From Promethearchaeota archaeon (GTDB lineage: Archaea > Asgardarchaeota > Lokiarchaeia > Sigyniarchaeales > SOKP01): 64,000 nt of DNA. The stretch covers positions 1 to 64,000 of the forward strand of contig JAEOTA010000073.1 of assembly GCA_016840085.1 (NCBI GenBank), given 5' to 3'. Positions 31,044-41,358 of the stretch are shown here, piece after piece (positions within the stretch are counted from its first letter, which is position 1; each line of letters begins with the position of its first letter). The position numbers and the translations under genes are program-made. The notes beneath the pieces are model-generated. The model had not been told where the DNA came from and ran no database searches. It was given only the letters and a program-made list of their open reading frames with translations.

Positions 31044-32081
31044 TTAGATTTGATACCTTTGACTAACAACCGTTTGAAATTGTAGATTTTGGCGTGGTTG
31101 GGTTTGATAGCCTCCTCGTTTTGAAACCAAATAGAATTGTATCATTGTTTCAGAATGGACTAATGTAATCCCTCGCCATTTGTTATCATTAGAGTTGAAT
31201 TCTACTACATTTCCAAGACCTACACCTTCTCTTGTAGAGAAATCAAAATTCAAATCATGCAATATTTTGATTAGTTCATCGTGATAATCTATATTTCCAT
31301 TCTTACGAGGTTTATCTTTAAATCTTAATGCTTCAATCGAGAATGCTTTAAGAATATCATTACTCATATATTTCCAGACCTCTAGATTTGCATAAAACTC
31401 AATCCCAATAAATTCACCATTGATAAACACAGCAACTCCGCATTGATTCTTAATATTCTTGAAATTTTTAATGATGCTTTCTGTTTTTTTTCCAGATACT
31501 TTAGTCATTTCCAGGTAGCTTTGAGTAGGGGCCACAGCAAGGTCATAGCTCATTTCAGCTCTATGAGACTGAATTTCTTGCCATACACCACTTTGGCCAC
31601 CTGCTGAAATTGCTTCGTAGGCAACATTGGGATGTAGTCTCATACTTGAAGATTTAAAGCCGCGCCCCCCGGTATAATTCCACCTTGATTGCTCTACGCA
31701 TTTAGCAGGTATAGTATACTTTTGAACAACTTTTTTAGGATTTTGTTTAAGAATATTTTGTTTTCCTCCTGTAGACAATAAGATGGGCTCCCAAATTGTT
31801 CTATCTTGTTTTCCACCATGAACAGTTATTCCAAATGGAATTAAGATTTGTTTATCGCTTTTATTTATCACTTCCAATTGGCTTACTGTATCACTTTCAA
31901 TGATTTCAATTAATTCTAATTCTTCAGCTTCTTTAATAGTAATAAAATCAATAAATTTGTCATCTTGAATGATAATGGGTATAACAGTCATGTTTTCATA
32001 AACTTGAGGAGTTCCTAATTTAAGAAAATTTAACGGGTTTCCAAATAAAGACTCTACAATTTCTATACTTTTACTTTTCAA
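31044..32081 (-). CDS. ARPP-1 / DUF6569-like protein
   Basis: V..LEV.N.S.K..L...G....GGKQDR, CVEQSRW, QSGVW..I, QCG.AVFING. Confidence 0.75.
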   Translation of the reverse strand: MKSKSIEIVESLFGNPLNFLKLGTPQVYENMTVIPIIIQDDKFIDFITIKEAEELELIEIIESDTVSQLEVINKSDKQILIPFGITVHGGKQDRTIWEPILLSTGGKQNILKQNPKKVVQKYTIPAKCVEQSRWNYTGGRGFKSSSMRLHPNVAYEAISAGGQSGVWQEIQSHRAEMSYDLAVAPTQSYLEMTKVSGKKTESIIKNFKNIKNQCGVAVFINGEFIGIEFYANLEVWKYMSNDILKAFSIEALRFKDKPRKNGNIDYHDELIKILHDLNFDFSTREGVGLGNVVEFNSNDNKWRGITLVHSETMIQFYLVSKRGGYQTQPRQNLQFQTVVSQRYQI

Positions 32082-32083
32082 AC

Positions 32084-32479
32084 TTACTCATCCTCCTTTT
32101 TTTCATTTTTATCTTTTTCCTCTTCATAGAGAGGATCTATAAATTGATTAACAATATTTTTACCATTTTTGGTAAGCTCTACCCCATAAGAGACTTTAAG
32201 TTTTCCACCTCCTCCTATTCCATTAATTCTAGTTCCTTTACCTTTTGGTATTTCCGTTTCCAATAATTCTTCCGTATGAGTTTTTACTATTCCACCTCGT
32301 TTAAGCGCATTTAAATGATAATTTACATTTTGTTTTTGAATTCCAATATTATCTGCAATTTCAGTGGGTCTTTGAGGACTTTCTGAGAGCTGTCTAAGAA
32401 TATCTGCTCTTACAGGGCTTCTAAATACAAGTCCAACTTTTTCAAAAATGGGGTTTTTCTTTTCTTTTTTTTTAACCAT
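32084..32479 (-). CDS. ArsR-family winged-helix regulator
   Basis: SPVRADILRQL...RPTEIA...IQKQNVNYHLNALKRGGIV; 2 bp from the downstream gene. Confidence 0.88.
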   Translation of the reverse strand: MVKKKEKKNPIFEKVGLVFRSPVRADILRQLSESPQRPTEIADNIGIQKQNVNYHLNALKRGGIVKTHTEELLETEIPKGKGTRINGIGGGGKLKVSYGVELTKNGKNIVNQFIDPLYEEEKDKNEKKEDE

Positions 32480-32490
32480 GTTTTTTTCAC

Positions 32491-32543
32491 ATAAAATGTT
32501 TTTTTATGGTAAAAGCTTTTTTTACTGTAAAACATATATTAAC
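32491..32543. promoter_or_regulatory. Three phased operator-like boxes (RTAAAA-N5-TTTTAY, 18-bp period) upstream of the ArsR gene
   Basis: ATAAAAtgtttTTTTAT 32491-32507, GTAAAAgctttTTTTAC 32509-32525, GTAAAAcatatATTAAC 32527-32543. Confidence 0.55.
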
Positions 32544-32670
32544 ATACATATATAAATGTTTGCATCAAATATCATGAGATCACTTTTATTTAAGGGAAAA
32601 CACAAAAAAGCCAACTTTTATGAATAATTAAGAAATAAAAAATGGTTCAAATCTTTTTTTCAATTCAATT

Positions 32671-33156
32671 TTAGTTTCTTAGAGTAGCAATAATTTTTTC
32701 CTCGTCCAATAGGAAATCAATACTACTAATAGGATCTGGTAAAGCTACATCCGCATTTAGAATACTATTTACAGCAGCCCCTTCACTTCCGATAATTATT
32801 ATCCCTAAAACAGCATTTTTTAACATTAAAGAGTCATTATTTCCATTACCGATTGCTACAGTGTTCTCTTTTCCTAATCTTATCAATTCATAATTTTTAG
32901 CTTCTGATTCATTAGTTGTATCAATTCTATCGGCTCTAATTTTTATATAGGAAACGCCTAAATCATGGGCAATTTCCTCTAAGTTACCCCTCGTGTCTGC
33001 AGAGATCAAATAAACATCATATTCTTCCTTCAGCCTCTTAAATTTCTCTTTTACATCCATTGATATCTTTCCATCGAATTGAATTGTTCCATTTAAATCG
33101 AATAAAACATTCTTAAGACGTAAAACCCCATAACTCGGAACTAAAATTTCTTTCAT
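32671..33156 (-). CDS. HAD-family hydrolase (soluble P-type ATPase-like)
   Basis: FDLNGT, ISADTRG, AIGNGNND..ML, G.EGA, ATLR. Confidence 0.88.
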   Translation of the reverse strand: MKEILVPSYGVLRLKNVLFDLNGTIQFDGKISMDVKEKFKRLKEEYDVYLISADTRGNLEEIAHDLGVSYIKIRADRIDTTNESEAKNYELIRLGKENTVAIGNGNNDSLMLKNAVLGIIIIGSEGAAVNSILNADVALPDPISSIDFLLDEEKIIATLRN

Positions 33157-33572
33157 GACATGTAAAAGAAAGAATGATTAATTATAAATTCCATATTTAT
33201 GAGTATATTTAATTAAATCATGCATAATTTTGAGTTGGATAAATAAAAGGGGATAATGAAAGAATTAAAAAAATACTCAAGAATAATAGATATACACCTA
33301 ATAAAGATTTCATTTTAATTAGAATTTACATCAAATAATTTTAATTTGTTATCAAATAAGACATATTTGTATATATCTCTAAATCTTCTAAAAGAGTTCT
33401 ATTAAATAATTTGGCTTATATTAGCATTTTCTCCGGAGAAGAACCTACAGTATAATTTAATGAGTTTATAGAGAAAGATTAAATATCAAACTATTGAATT
33501 GATATTAAAAGCAAATTATCGTTCACAAATTTATTATTCATAATATTTAAAAAATTCAAGAGGTCACTTGAA

Positions 33573-34832
33573 ATGGTTGATATTAGTAATATAAAGAATA
33601 TCTCAATAGTAGGAACTGGGTTTATGGGATATGGAATTGCACATGTAGCTTTACTCGCTGGTTTTGATAAGGTTATTATACATGATATTAAAATGGAATC
33701 ATTAGATAAAGCAACAGAACAAATTGAGATTGGCATTAAAAGATGTGAAGAATTAGGAAAATTAAGTGAAGGTCTTACCGCAGAAATTCTTATGTCAAGA
33801 TTGGTTAAAGAACTGGATTTGAAGAGAGCTATAGAAAACACTGATTTTATAATTGAAGCTGTTCCGGAAAGATTGGGCCTTAAGCGAGAGGTATATAAGA
33901 AATTAGGTGAATATGCTCCTAAAAACACCATTATAGCATCAAATACTTCTTTTATGGACATATCTGAATTAGGAAAAGCTTCAGGAAGGTCAGAAAAAGT
34001 TGTTGGGATGCATTTTTTACCTCCCATAATTGCTAGTAGGGTCATTGAGGTAACTAAAGGTGAAAAAACTTCAAATGAATCTATGGATATCTGTGCGGCA
34101 GTTGGAGAGACACTACCCTGTATAAGTGGTGATAGATATATAGCACGTATTGAAAAATGGAGGCCGGGATTTATATTAAATCGATTACTTTGTACTGTTG
34201 GTCTTTATTTTAGCTGGGTTGCTGAGCAGGCAATTGACAAAGGTATTCCTTGGGAACAGGTAGATGCGGATGTTGCTGTTGGTGAAGATTCTATGGGACT
34301 ATGTGAAACCTGGGACTATATAGGTTTAGATGTGGCGTATGATTCTATGAATTATCTAAAAGATACACTTTCTCCAGATTTCACTGCAGGTGAAGTATTT
34401 ACTCAAAAATATGAAGAAGGAAATTTTGGTGCTAAGACAGGAAAGGGATTTTATGAATGGCCTAAGAAAGGACGATATTTCCTTGAGTGGACTAAGGAAG
34501 GAAGACCTAAAGTAGATAGGTCAAAAAAAGCAGGTCTAATGGATTTAGAGACTATCATCGCACTTGAAATAAACGAAGGTTGTAAACTTATAGAAGAAGG
34601 TGTTGTATCAGGATATAAAGTTATTGACGACGTAATGTATATTGGATCACGAGAACAGTGGCCTGGACCATTTGCTGCAGGAAAAAGAAATTATAAAAAT
34701 CTATGTGTTATATTAGAAGATTTAGCAGAGAAGACAGGTAAAAATTATTTTAAGCCGTGTGATTTAATGAAATCTGGTGATTTTCTTAAGATGAGAAGAT
34801 CAACCCCTAAAGCTCCAACCCCGCATGGGTAA
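33573..34832 (+). CDS. 3-hydroxyacyl-CoA dehydrogenase family
   Basis: VGTGFMGYGIA, IIEAVPERL.LK, ASNTS, GMHF, PGFILNR, G.KTGKGFY. Confidence 0.92.
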   Translation: MVDISNIKNISIVGTGFMGYGIAHVALLAGFDKVIIHDIKMESLDKATEQIEIGIKRCEELGKLSEGLTAEILMSRLVKELDLKRAIENTDFIIEAVPERLGLKREVYKKLGEYAPKNTIIASNTSFMDISELGKASGRSEKVVGMHFLPPIIASRVIEVTKGEKTSNESMDICAAVGETLPCISGDRYIARIEKWRPGFILNRLLCTVGLYFSWVAEQAIDKGIPWEQVDADVAVGEDSMGLCETWDYIGLDVAYDSMNYLKDTLSPDFTAGEVFTQKYEEGNFGAKTGKGFYEWPKKGRYFLEWTKEGRPKVDRSKKAGLMDLETIIALEINEGCKLIEEGVVSGYKVIDDVMYIGSREQWPGPFAAGKRNYKNLCVILEDLAEKTGKNYFKPCDLMKSGDFLKMRRSTPKAPTPHG

Positions 34833-34882
34833 AAAAGGGTATAAGTAAATTTAAAATTACATTTCTTCTTTTTTTGATTTTA

Positions 34883-36055
34883 TTAATCTTTGAATTTATA
34901 GCTTTTTTCAAGTAGTTTATAAATTTCGTCGAAATTAGCGACTTTAGGATGTAATGTGAAATTTCGCAGTTTTATTGAATCTTGAGCTATGGCTTCAAAG
35001 AGGTTTTTAGGTACATGTTTTTCTTCTAGGTCCATCCACATTCCAATTTCCTTAAGGAAGGAATCCATTTCGTCACAAGCTTTCTCGGCAGCAACTTCAT
35101 CAGTTTCGTTTTCTAAATCAGGATTAAAGAGACGACCTATAGTAGCATATTTCGAAATAGCATACTTCCATGTGAATCGGTTAACTTCAGGGTACATAAT
35201 TGCGAGACTTTCCCCATGCATTATATTGGGAACATGTCCTCCAATAGCCATACCTATTCCATGAGGGAGAGTAGTACCAATAGTAGTAATTGAAAGCCCT
35301 CCAAGCATTGCTGCATATGCAAGCGCCTCTCTTGCTTCTCTATTCGTCCCATCCTTAACTGCAATTGGTAGATATTTGATAACTTTTTTAAGTGAATCTA
35401 ATGTATAGAGATCGATAAATTCTGATGCATTTTTATTTAAATAACTTTCAAATGAATGGCAAAAAGCATCCCAACCTGTTGAAGCTGTAATATGAGGTGG
35501 AACTGTCATTGTAAGTTCAGGATCAATAATACTAACACGTGGCATTAGGGCCCAGTCAGCAAGTGCAGATTTAAATTTTTCGTCTGGATGCTTCAAAACC
35601 GCCATATTTGTAATTTCGGAACCTGTACCTCCAGTAGTTGGAACTGCTATGATTGGAAGAATTTTTTTACTCTGAACTCGTTTCTCTCCCAATCGATAAT
35701 CCCATATATCCCCTTCATGAGTTGCGCCAACAGCAATAGCTTTTGCAGTATCCATACTTGAGCCACCCCCTACTCCTAAAACGATGTTAATCTCATTTTC
35801 AGCAGCCATTTTAGAACCTTCATTTATACATTCGGTTGTGGGGTTAGGGATAACTCCATCAAAATGGAATATTTCTACTCCCGCTTCATTACACAATCTT
35901 TTAACTTTCTCAAACGCAGGTTCAAGAGCAGGAAATGGTTTAACTGTTACCAATAAACATCTTTTACCATTTCTAGCAACAATTTTACCTATTTCATTCA
36001 CACGACCCCATCCAAAACTAACACGGGTTGGCAAATAGAAATTAAAATTTTTCAT
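34883..36055 (-). CDS. Iron-containing alcohol dehydrogenase
   Basis: GVGGGSSMDTAK, VPTTGGTGSE, DPELT, DAFCHSFE, H..G...HG. Confidence 0.92.
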   Translation of the reverse strand: MKNFNFYLPTRVSFGWGRVNEIGKIVARNGKRCLLVTVKPFPALEPAFEKVKRLCNEAGVEIFHFDGVIPNPTTECINEGSKMAAENEINIVLGVGGGSSMDTAKAIAVGATHEGDIWDYRLGEKRVQSKKILPIIAVPTTGGTGSEITNMAVLKHPDEKFKSALADWALMPRVSIIDPELTMTVPPHITASTGWDAFCHSFESYLNKNASEFIDLYTLDSLKKVIKYLPIAVKDGTNREAREALAYAAMLGGLSITTIGTTLPHGIGMAIGGHVPNIMHGESLAIMYPEVNRFTWKYAISKYATIGRLFNPDLENETDEVAAEKACDEMDSFLKEIGMWMDLEEKHVPKNLFEAIAQDSIKLRNFTLHPKVANFDEIYKLLEKSYKFKD

Positions 36056-36066
36056 ATTTAATCTTC

Positions 36067-37404
36067 CTACTTAATTTTATATTGACTTTTTAGGAAATTA
36101 ACAATATAATCTTTAACTTTATCACGGTCAGGTAAGCTAGCTACCATACCGTATATAGCAGCGTCTCCATCGGAAGATTTTCTGGGATTTTCAACAACTT
36201 CTTTAACAGTATCTCTAAGATCTGTTAAGAATGTATTCACAATCTCAGCATGGTGAGGATTCACCATCATGTGTAAAGCATTAGGGAATTGTATTCTATC
36301 TAAATGCCATCCTTTCTTATCCAGTACATCTCCCAATTGATAAATATCAATCTTATCGGATGTAAAAGAAAACACACTTATCACGGGATTCCCTATAATA
36401 TATAATTCTGGAATCTGATTAATTCCTTCAATTAATCTTTTTGAAGCATCCATGACGATTTTCGCTAAATTCATATACCCGTCAAAGCCTAGAGCCTTCA
36501 TAGCAGCCCATGCTGCGGCTATTGCTCCTCCAGGACGAGTACCTCTCATCGATGGAGAAATATAGATACCTCCCGACCAATCGGTATACACCGAAAATTG
36601 ATGTTTCCAAACACGTTCTTTTCGATATAGTATGGTAGATGCACCTTTTGCTCCATACCCATATTTATGAACATCTGCACTGATTGACGTTACACCAGGG
36701 ACAGAAAAATCAAAATCAGGAATTTCATAGCCAAGTTTCTTAGCAAAGGGTAGCATAAATCCTCCAAGGCATGCATCAACATGTAATCCGATACCATGTT
36801 CTTGAGCAATAGTGCCAAGTTCTGATATAGGATCTACCACCCCCCTCGGGAAATCACATGCCGAACCGACCATCATTATAGTATTGCTGTTTAATGCCCT
36901 TTCCATAGCTTTTATATCTGCTCGATGGGTCTCTTCATCTACGGGTACTCGAACAGATTTTACTTTAAAATAATCTGCTCCTTTATCAAAAGCAGGATGA
37001 GCTGAACTTGGTAACACCATCTCTGGTTCTCTTATATCTGGAAACTTTTTTTCCGCCCAATCTCTATATGTCTTTATAGCCATTAAAATGCTTTCAGTGC
37101 CTCCAGAAGTCATGCTCCCACAGCATCTTTTATCTCCATTAAATAAATCAACTGCCATTGAAATAACTTCTGTTTCGAATTTCTTTAGACTTGGAAAGGC
37201 CATCGGGCTTAAAGCGTTCTTAGAAAAAAACATGGTATATGCTTTTTTGAGCAGTTCTGTATGTTTGTCCGTAGCATGATACACCAAGCTCCAAACCTTA
37301 CCATCTCTCCAGTTGATATCATCTTTCCGAATGTCTTCTATTTGTTTAAAGAGTTCATTTTCAGGAATCCCCTTTTCTGGTAATACAACCTTAGGTCTAG
37401 CCAT
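36067..37404 (-). CDS. Sphingosine-1-phosphate lyase-like PLP-dependent enzyme
   Basis: TSGGTESI, SAHPAF.K, LHVDACLGGF, SISADVHKYGY..KG.S, W.GG.Y.SP..G.RPG, C-terminal AAIYG. Confidence 0.82.
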   Translation of the reverse strand: MARPKVVLPEKGIPENELFKQIEDIRKDDINWRDGKVWSLVYHATDKHTELLKKAYTMFFSKNALSPMAFPSLKKFETEVISMAVDLFNGDKRCCGSMTSGGTESILMAIKTYRDWAEKKFPDIREPEMVLPSSAHPAFDKGADYFKVKSVRVPVDEETHRADIKAMERALNSNTIMMVGSACDFPRGVVDPISELGTIAQEHGIGLHVDACLGGFMLPFAKKLGYEIPDFDFSVPGVTSISADVHKYGYGAKGASTILYRKERVWKHQFSVYTDWSGGIYISPSMRGTRPGGAIAAAWAAMKALGFDGYMNLAKIVMDASKRLIEGINQIPELYIIGNPVISVFSFTSDKIDIYQLGDVLDKKGWHLDRIQFPNALHMMVNPHHAEIVNTFLTDLRDTVKEVVENPRKSSDGDAAIYGMVASLPDRDKVKDYIVNFLKSQYKIK

Positions 37405-37603
37405 TTTAATTCACAAAATAATGTTATGTTTTCAAAATTTGTTAAGTTTTTCTTAGAGAAAAGAATAGAAATAATTAAAAATTAACAGTTTCTAATAGAA
37501 AATGACTAAAATGTAAATGCTTAAATAATAAAAAATGAAATTATAACTTACTTAGAAATCTAATTACAAAAAAGTAGAAAAATTAAAAAGAGGGTAAAAA
37601 AAT

Positions 37604-37927
37604 ATGGCATATATAGTTGTTTATACACGTTGGCCAAGCGATGTGATACCTGAAATTGTTAAAAAAGCTATTGAAGTTGCAAGAAAATTTCCAGAGGATG
37701 AGTCTCTAGGAGAATCAGTAGTACCTAATGCTGTAAAGGGTACTTTGGACGGTATAACCACATTGAGTGTTACATTGGTAAAAGAAGGGAAACTTGAAGA
37801 AGGTCTGAGACGTGCTATGGCTACCTTAGCTATGTACGCATCTATCCCTGGATTTGAATATTCAATAGAAACTTGGGCAACTCTAGAAGAAGCTTATGGT
37901 GCGATAGGGCAAAAACCGCCTGAATAA
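37604..37927 (+). CDS. Small conserved hypothetical protein
   Basis: Clean 107-aa ORF with SD GAGGGT and an alpha/beta pattern. Confidence 0.8.
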   Translation: MAYIVVYTRWPSDVIPEIVKKAIEVARKFPEDESLGESVVPNAVKGTLDGITTLSVTLVKEGKLEEGLRRAMATLAMYASIPGFEYSIETWATLEEAYGAIGQKPPE

Positions 37928-38022
37928 TTAAGTATTTTAAAAACTTTTAAATTCAATTTTTTTTTTATATTAAAAATTTGATAGCGAATAATTTAAAAAT
38001 ATAAATAGTATTCATACTATAT

Positions 38023-38508
38023 TTGCAATTGATGGTTTATGAGGATTTTCCCTATGAGCTAGCATCAAATAATCCAATTAAGGAATATGTAGAAGTACGA
38101 CCGAGTAAAATTCATGGTTTAGGGTTATTTGCTAAGAAATTTATTCCAAAAGGGACCATACTGTGGCATGCACGCCCTCAAGATGTCATAGTAATTACAA
38201 AGGATCAGTTTCTAACACTTGAATCTTCTCATAAATCTCTTACAACAACTAATATAATAGAAATTATACTTAGATATTCTTATTATGTAGTGGATCTTGA
38301 TTCTCTAATCTTTTGTGTGGATAATTTTAGATTCATAAATCATTCACCTAATGCAAACATCGGTGCTCCTGAAGATCAAAATGAATTTTGTGCGATAGCA
38401 CTACACAAGATTCAACGGGGAGAAGAATTAACAGAGGACTATACAAAATACCCTATTTGCTACTGGTTAGAGAATTATAAAGATAATTTTAATCCTTGTT
38501 GTTGGTAG
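38023..38508 (+). CDS. SET-domain protein-lysine methyltransferase
   Basis: S.IHGLGLFA...I.KG, RFINHS..AN, I.RGEELT.DY. Confidence 0.9.
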   Translation: MQLMVYEDFPYELASNNPIKEYVEVRPSKIHGLGLFAKKFIPKGTILWHARPQDVIVITKDQFLTLESSHKSLTTTNIIEIILRYSYYVVDLDSLIFCVDNFRFINHSPNANIGAPEDQNEFCAIALHKIQRGEELTEDYTKYPICYWLENYKDNFNPCCW

Positions 38509-38543
38509 GACCTCTTCTTGAAAAATTATTTCTTTTATATTAA

Positions 38544-38675
38544 TGTTAAATATTTTTAACAAGTATTTATAAAAATTCAATGTTAAATATTAGAAAAGAG
38601 GATTATAGGTCCTTAATTCATGGTCTATCGTAAGATCGAAACATTTAAATACTTATGTTAAGTTTATTTAACATA
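38544..38675. promoter_or_regulatory. Operator-like palindromes TGTTAA-N6-TTAACA (two full copies plus a half-site) upstream of the ABC operon
   Basis: TGTTAAatatttTTAACA 38544-38561; TATGTTAAgtttatTTAACATA 38654-38675; half-site TGTTAAatatt at 38581. Confidence 0.7.
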
Positions 38676-38704
38676 GTAAAATAACTTTTTAATATAATAC
38701 ACAA

Positions 38705-39541
38705 ATGTCGAATAAAATAGAAAGAATTGCTATAAAGACCACCAATCTTGTGAAAAAGTTTGGAAATGTAATTGCTGTAAATAATTTAAATCTTAAAATT
38801 CCTTATGGTTGTACATATGGCTTACTTGGACCAAATGGGGCAGGAAAAACTACAACTGTTCGAATATTAAATTCAATTATATCACCTACAGCTGGTACAG
38901 CTAAAGTAGGTGGTTTTGATGTTATTACTCAAAGTACAGACGTTAAATTGAATTGTGGTTTCTTACCTGAATCTCCTGGGTTATATCAAAAATTAACAGC
39001 AAAAGAATTTTTAAAATTCATTGGTGAGCTGTATTATTTACCTAAAGAGGTAATTTCCGCTCGTATTGAAGAATTACTTGATATATTTGATTTAGAGGGT
39101 CGAGAAAATGATCTTTTGGAGGGATACTCTCGAGGAATGAAGCAAAAGATTTGTCTTTGTGCCGCACTAATTCAAGATCCTCAGATAATTTTTTTAGATG
39201 AGCCCACATCTAATCTTGATCCTGCTGCTGCCCGTATGGTCAAAGACCTCATTTTAGATCTCGTTAATAAAGCAGATAAAACCATTTTCATCTGTACCCA
39301 CCTTCTTGATGCTGCAGAGGAACTTTGTGACGTCATAGGCATCATTGATAAAGGTGTCTTAAAATTGGAAGGGAGCCCAAAAGATATCATTAAATCTCAA
39401 AATGCTAGTGATTTGGAAGACGCATATTTAAAAATTATGGGAGCAGTTCATATTGAAGATCTATTAGCATGGAGAGAAGAGGTCCCTAATTCAGTTAACC
39501 CTCGGAAAAATTCAAAAAAAAGAAAAAAAGCGAGAGGATAA
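38705..39541 (+). CDS. ABC-2-type exporter ATP-binding protein
   Basis: GPNGAGKTT, YSRGMKQK, FLDEPT, H-loop. Confidence 0.95.
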   Translation: MSNKIERIAIKTTNLVKKFGNVIAVNNLNLKIPYGCTYGLLGPNGAGKTTTVRILNSIISPTAGTAKVGGFDVITQSTDVKLNCGFLPESPGLYQKLTAKEFLKFIGELYYLPKEVISARIEELLDIFDLEGRENDLLEGYSRGMKQKICLCAALIQDPQIIFLDEPTSNLDPAAARMVKDLILDLVNKADKTIFICTHLLDAAEELCDVIGIIDKGVLKLEGSPKDIIKSQNASDLEDAYLKIMGAVHIEDLLAWREEVPNSVNPRKNSKKRKKARG

Positions 39542-39550
39542 ATTGAAAAG

Positions 39551-41227
39551 ATGACTCTTACATCAACAAGTTTAGAAGGCCCAAAACTAAGGGAAGATTT
39601 GCTTTTTGAAGCATTCCCTGTAAAAAAGAAAGCTCTATGGAAAAAAATTGCTAAGAATGAAATTTTATTAAAGACATATCGCTTCAGAAATCATCGCACT
39701 TTGTTTTTTATCTCTCTCTATTCGTTTCTTTTCATATGGACATTCTTCTTATGTCCTCTTATGATGGATAATTTATTACCTAAAGCAGAAGTGCAAGCGA
39801 ATTCTCTTTTCAGACCCATTGTCGCAATGATTATTGAGTATGTGATGATGATATTTTTCTTTATAATATTAATGTATCCATTAAATATTGTATATAGGAA
39901 AGCTGAAATTGGTTTCAAAGAAATTTTAATTTCCTCACCTGTAAAAGCTGGTGATATTTTCATCGGTGAATTTTTAGGAAAGCTGCCGATTTACAGTGTT
40001 TTCATATTAATATTTGGTCCAATATTAATAGGTTTGTTCAATCCTTTAATTAATCTTACGTTGCTTCAATTTATGTTTATTTATTTGTCATTATTTGGTA
40101 TGGTGATATTATCTACACTGATAGGCTCTATTATTGCATCCTTTCTCGAACACAAAATCGCTAAGAGTGAAAAGGCGCGTGATTTTGGTAAATCAGTCAT
40201 AATGATCATCGCGATTGTTATGGTGGTTATAATGTACTCGATGCAGTTTCTTTTTAATTATCTTATTGAAAATCCTGAAACTAAAAACTGGTTTATGTTT
40301 TATCCATCATTTTGGTACTCAAATATCATATTATTTGTAATTGATTCAGCTTTAATAGAACAGTATGTATTAAACATATTGACCAGTTCTGTCTTGGCCA
40401 TTGGAGTTCTTTTTTTACTTTTATATATATCCATGAAGAAAGCAGACTCATTTTATACATTGGAGGGGAGCATAGAAAAGATTTCAACAAAAATAATAGA
40501 AGATAACAAATTTTATCGCATGATTGGTAAATTAACAGGAAAAAAATGGGGCGGGTTAATTGTTATTCATTTGAAAAACTATTTCAGAAAGAGAGAAAAC
40601 ATCTTAAAACTTGTATACATAGGAGGGGTAGCATCGTTAATGGCTTTAATGGTTTTATTTACTTCCGAAGAAAATTTGTCTAATGAGATAATGAGTGTTT
40701 GGATTGTAATAACTGTGGGCATGATGTTTAGTCTGATGATTGGGAGTTTTATTTTTGTCGATTCAAAGGACATTTTATGGGTATTTAAACGATCTCCACG
40801 AGGTATAAAGGGAATAGTCTACTCATACATCATGGCACTCTTCATCATTAATATTCTATTGATAATTCCGATATCTATCGTTCATGGAATAATTTACAAA
40901 TTTGACTTAGTACAGGGAATCATACATGCACTCCTATTATTAATTTTTTGTTCACTCGCGGTGACGGAAGCTGTAGGAATTCAATGTATTAATCCCTCAT
41001 TTGAAGAGAAAGGGCGAACGATGTCTGGCAATATCGCATTTGGATTTATTATTCATTTTAGTGTTATTATTGGGATAATGGTTCTATTAATTGAATTAAA
41101 TATATTAGAGTTTGTGAATCAAGGATTTATCAAATTGATATTTATCGGTCCAATAATCCTTATACATATTACATTAGCTTTTCTAATATTCTATTATGGC
41201 ATGCGAAAATTAGATAAATTGGAGTAA
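39551..41227 (+). CDS. ABC exporter permease (two-lobed, about 12-14 TM)
   Basis: Follows the ATPase by 9 bp; LISSPV..GDIF.GEF and PSFW motifs; hydrophobic. Confidence 0.85.
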   Translation: MTLTSTSLEGPKLREDLLFEAFPVKKKALWKKIAKNEILLKTYRFRNHRTLFFISLYSFLFIWTFFLCPLMMDNLLPKAEVQANSLFRPIVAMIIEYVMMIFFFIILMYPLNIVYRKAEIGFKEILISSPVKAGDIFIGEFLGKLPIYSVFILIFGPILIGLFNPLINLTLLQFMFIYLSLFGMVILSTLIGSIIASFLEHKIAKSEKARDFGKSVIMIIAIVMVVIMYSMQFLFNYLIENPETKNWFMFYPSFWYSNIILFVIDSALIEQYVLNILTSSVLAIGVLFLLLYISMKKADSFYTLEGSIEKISTKIIEDNKFYRMIGKLTGKKWGGLIVIHLKNYFRKRENILKLVYIGGVASLMALMVLFTSEENLSNEIMSVWIVITVGMMFSLMIGSFIFVDSKDILWVFKRSPRGIKGIVYSYIMALFIINILLIIPISIVHGIIYKFDLVQGIIHALLLLIFCSLAVTEAVGIQCINPSFEEKGRTMSGNIAFGFIIHFSVIIGIMVLLIELNILEFVNQGFIKLIFIGPIILIHITLAFLIFYYGMRKLDKLE

Positions 41228-41358
41228 TAGGTAATTAATACATAAATTTTTTTAAAATAAAATCTACCCAAAAATAGAATGAAAATAGCAGAAATTAATT
41301 TTAATATTAAATCTATAAAAATCATTTAAAAAAACAAAAAAGAGGTAATGAAAATAAA

